A model generated the notes under the pieces. That model ran no database searches. It was given only the letters and a program-made list of their open reading frames with translations, and was not told where the DNA came from. Below are positions 61,515 through 64,000 of a stretch of 64,000 nucleotides of DNA, one piece after another (positions within the stretch are counted from its first letter, which is position 1; each line of letters begins with the position of its first letter). Made by a program: the position numbers and the translations under genes. Origin of the DNA: an uncultured candidate division Zixibacteria bacterium (GTDB lineage: Bacteria; Zixibacteria; MSB-5A5; GN15; FEB-12); NCBI GenBank assembly GCA_963735035.1, contig CAVTJJ010000004.1, forward strand, positions 384,001 through 448,000, written 5' to 3'.

Positions 61515-62177
61515 CTACTTACCCAATCCCGTTGTGTCGGCCAATCCCGCGCGTGCCAGCAGGACCCGGTCGGCCTCGGACTGCCCGGCCAGAGATGTCG
61601 GGGTTAGCAGGCCGGTGGCAGCCTTCTGAATCTCAGGGGTGAGATAGGTCCTAAAGAATTGCTGGGAGAGAGTGTCGCCTAACATGAACCGACGGGCGGT
61701 ACCAAGAACAACGTCCAGACTTCGAAAATCACCCGCCAGAGCGGCCGGACTGAAAGTCGAGTCGGCTTTGGCGCTCAGCCAGCTCCCGAAAAGTCCGGAC
61801 ATACGGCGTGACACGGTGTCTTCGGGGCGGGCCAGCGCGTCGAGATGGTAATACTCGGCGGCCAATGTATATGACCCGATGCCCTGCTTTGAAAGACTGT
61901 CAGCCCTGGCTCGAAACAGATTCCCCATGTTGCCGATTGCCTGTTTCCACTCCGGACGGTCGAGCAGGTCGCCGTGGTCGGTTAGCAGGTTGCCGAATGC
62001 CTGGGTGATCGCCTCGGAGCCGTAGAGCGTCCCGTTTTCGATCTGACGGATCAATTCCACCGCTTCGGGCGGGAAATTGGCCGGATTGTTGTCGGTGTCA
62101 TAAACGGCGTGGGTCTTCTCCTGACTGCACGCCATCAGGAGGGGGAAGAGCGCCAGTATGAGCAGCTTAAGCTTCAT
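61515..62177 (-). CDS. Hypothetical lipoprotein
   Basis: MKLKLLILALFPLLMAC lipobox. Confidence 0.75.
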   Translation of the reverse strand: MKLKLLILALFPLLMACSQEKTHAVYDTDNNPANFPPEAVELIRQIENGTLYGSEAITQAFGNLLTDHGDLLDRPEWKQAIGNMGNLFRARADSLSKQGIGSYTLAAEYYHLDALARPEDTVSRRMSGLFGSWLSAKADSTFSPAALAGDFRSLDVVLGTARRFMLGDTLSQQFFRTYLTPEIQKAATGLLTPTSLAGQSEADRVLLARAGLADTTGLGK

Positions 62178-62212
62178 CTAATTTGTCCCATGATACGACT
62201 TATACAAACCTG

Positions 62213-62839
62213 CTACAGAAACGAACCGATCCAGTCGGTTATCAGGAATTGAACCCGTCCGATCAAGAGCGAAACACGTCCCATGACCGTATATCCGAAA
62301 TGTGCGCCGAACGCGATCATAATAAACCAGATGCCGACCTTCGCCGTTACACCCAATGCGCCTTTGTGCTCTTTGGAAAAGTAGAAGTAAATCAGGGTGG
62401 AGAGCACGCCGACCACCACGATGATCGACAGCAGCGTGGCGCCGAACCCGTTGCCGCCGTTGAGTGGCAGCATGGTATCCTGCATCTGCGGCAGGACCCG
62501 GCCATGAAGCTCCGAGATCAGGAATATGCCGGCGGTCGTGCCCATGACAAACGCCAGCGGTGTGCGCGAGATCCAGGAGTATTTACCGGAAAGCCGGGCA
62601 AACATCATAATACCTAGAACGCCGGGAACGAATTTCCACCATTGCCCGCCGAGCATGGGGTCCCATAATTGCTGGATAACGATGGTATCCCAGATCAAGC
62701 CGACTTGATATCCGGCGGTCAGTCCGGCGAAAATATGTTCGGCCACCCGGTAAACCGGGTTGTCCTTATACATGAACGAGAATAAGGCCAGCGTCAGAAA
62801 CGCCCCCAGCCACAACTGGAAGATTTCGAAGCCGCTCAT
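62213..62839 (-). CDS. Uncharacterised multi-pass membrane protein
   Basis: About six TM; YKDNPVYRVAEH motif; ATGA overlap with the upstream gene. Confidence 0.85.
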   Translation of the reverse strand: MSGFEIFQLWLGAFLTLALFSFMYKDNPVYRVAEHIFAGLTAGYQVGLIWDTIVIQQLWDPMLGGQWWKFVPGVLGIMMFARLSGKYSWISRTPLAFVMGTTAGIFLISELHGRVLPQMQDTMLPLNGGNGFGATLLSIIVVVGVLSTLIYFYFSKEHKGALGVTAKVGIWFIMIAFGAHFGYTVMGRVSLLIGRVQFLITDWIGSFL

Positions 62840-63672
62840 AAGAGGCCTCGCTTCCGACGGCTGCGGGCGACAAACATCCCGACATTCCCAAGTACAACCA
62901 GGCCGATAATCAGCAGATGCACCATCGATTGGGACTGCATACCCTTCGTGGCGACAGCCTCTTTGCCGATCAGATGTTCGTATTCAGCCGCACCGCGCAT
63001 TCCGCCCAACAGACCGACAAACTGGCCCGACGACACATAGGCGTAGAACTTGGGCGCCTGAACCGCCGCCCCGCCACAACCAATGGGTGTGCCGTATTGG
63101 GCGTGTACGATTGAGACCCAGTAATCGGCGGTGGCGTTGTCGGCAATCTCGAAGATGAAGGAGATATTGCTGTAATTCTTTACCGAGTCCATGAGCGGAA
63201 GTTTCGAAAGCGGTGTGCCGCTGTTGTCGGTCGGGAAGATCGATTCGATTGACTGGCCCATGCCGGACAGTACCGCCACGTAACCATACTTGAAGCCCAG
63301 ATTCACATAGTCCACACCGTATGTTTTGCCGTACTGTGAGGCCATCATCCGCGTGACCCGCTCGGCCATCGACGGCCCCCCGGTGGGAATGTTGGACAGG
63401 GTAACGACCCTGCAATTCTTGCGGAAGAAGTGATGAAGAGCAGCTACCGCAATCGGCTCGCACTCGGCAATGGTCGACGGATAATAGTCGAATACGAGCA
63501 TGACATTGCTTCCGTTGGGGAGCTTCTCCACCGCGTCGTAAAGCGATTGCGCTTCAGGGGTGATGCTTATCGGCATTGGAGTAGGAAACAGAAACGGCAT
63601 GATCACTGCCACCGCCACGGCCAGATAAATCCAGCGACGGTCGATCTTCTCCATTTTCTGCCAGAACGACAT
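62836..63672 (-). CDS. Uncharacterised protein: TM, extracytoplasmic alpha/beta domain, TM
   Basis: DRRWIY, FDYYP, YGVDYVNLG and GLLGGMRGAAEYE motifs. Confidence 0.85.
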   Translation of the reverse strand: MSFWQKMEKIDRRWIYLAVAVAVIMPFLFPTPMPISITPEAQSLYDAVEKLPNGSNVMLVFDYYPSTIAECEPIAVAALHHFFRKNCRVVTLSNIPTGGPSMAERVTRMMASQYGKTYGVDYVNLGFKYGYVAVLSGMGQSIESIFPTDNSGTPLSKLPLMDSVKNYSNISFIFEIADNATADYWVSIVHAQYGTPIGCGGAAVQAPKFYAYVSSGQFVGLLGGMRGAAEYEHLIGKEAVATKGMQSQSMVHLLIIGLVVLGNVGMFVARSRRKRGLL

Positions 63673-63675
63673 CGC

Positions 63676-64000
63676 TCAACTCTTCCCCAGATACGTTCGT
63701 TCGATGCCGAGAATGATGCGGAGCGACATGGAGGCGGCTCCCAAGGCGGCACCGATGATAATTCCGCGCTGCACGGCCATGTTGACCCCGTTCATGACAT
63801 ATTTATTGAGAAGCTCGGGGAGGTGACCGGGGAATAGATTCAGGAAATATTCACCCAGCGGTACACGCCACAACATGATCAAGACGGCGGTGATGAGCAG
63901 CAGGGTGGCTTCTGCGTTACGGGCACGGAAGGCGCGGTAGGCGGCCGACGCTATATAGAAGGCCAGCGACGCAAACATGGTCGCCATCATCGGGGCCTGC
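63676..64000 (-). CDS. Uncharacterised membrane protein (5' end beyond the window)
   Basis: Frame open to the window edge; FYIASAAYRAFRARN...RGIIIGAALG...LRIILGIER. Confidence 0.85.
   Translation of the reverse strand, partial: QAPMMATMFASLAFYIASAAYRAFRARNAEATLLLITAVLIMLWRVPLGEYFLNLFPGHLPELLNKYVMNGVNMAVQRGIIIGAALGAASMSLRIILGIERTYLGKS

Overview
Bacterial chromosomal window of mostly housekeeping genes with moderately high GC. A C-terminal dockerin-like module (CC...DANQSG...TIGD) and a long S16 suggest an FCB-related lineage such as Zixibacteria; this is inference only. Core genes: rpmA, fumC, rqcH-like NFACT (frameshifted), TetR-ClC, ispG, the ffh-rpsP-rimM-trmD-rplS...rnhB-yraN cluster, a radical SAM/DUF2344 fusion, rsmB, class II ribonucleotide reductase nrdJ with tandem NrdR boxes, an amidohydrolase pair, an orphan citF, ahcY and metK. 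Intergenic DNA is saturated with several families of REP-like palindromes, including two 200-bp tandem BIME-like arrays, and an IS30 sits inside one REP hairpin. Best leads: (1) two tandem, separately terminated minus-strand small RNA candidates at 12140-12480, one carrying eight GGA motifs like CsrA/RsmA-titrating RNAs; (2) a 40-codon khpA vestige lacking the KH GxxG core; (3) an uncharacterised, translationally coupled membrane-protein operon at the right edge; (4) a structured nrdJ leader; (5) an AT-richer islet with an unannotated 42-aa basic peptide; (6) several apparently leaderless genes. No CRISPR array, tRNA or rRNA was recognised. All family assignments come from motif recognition by eye; no searches were run.
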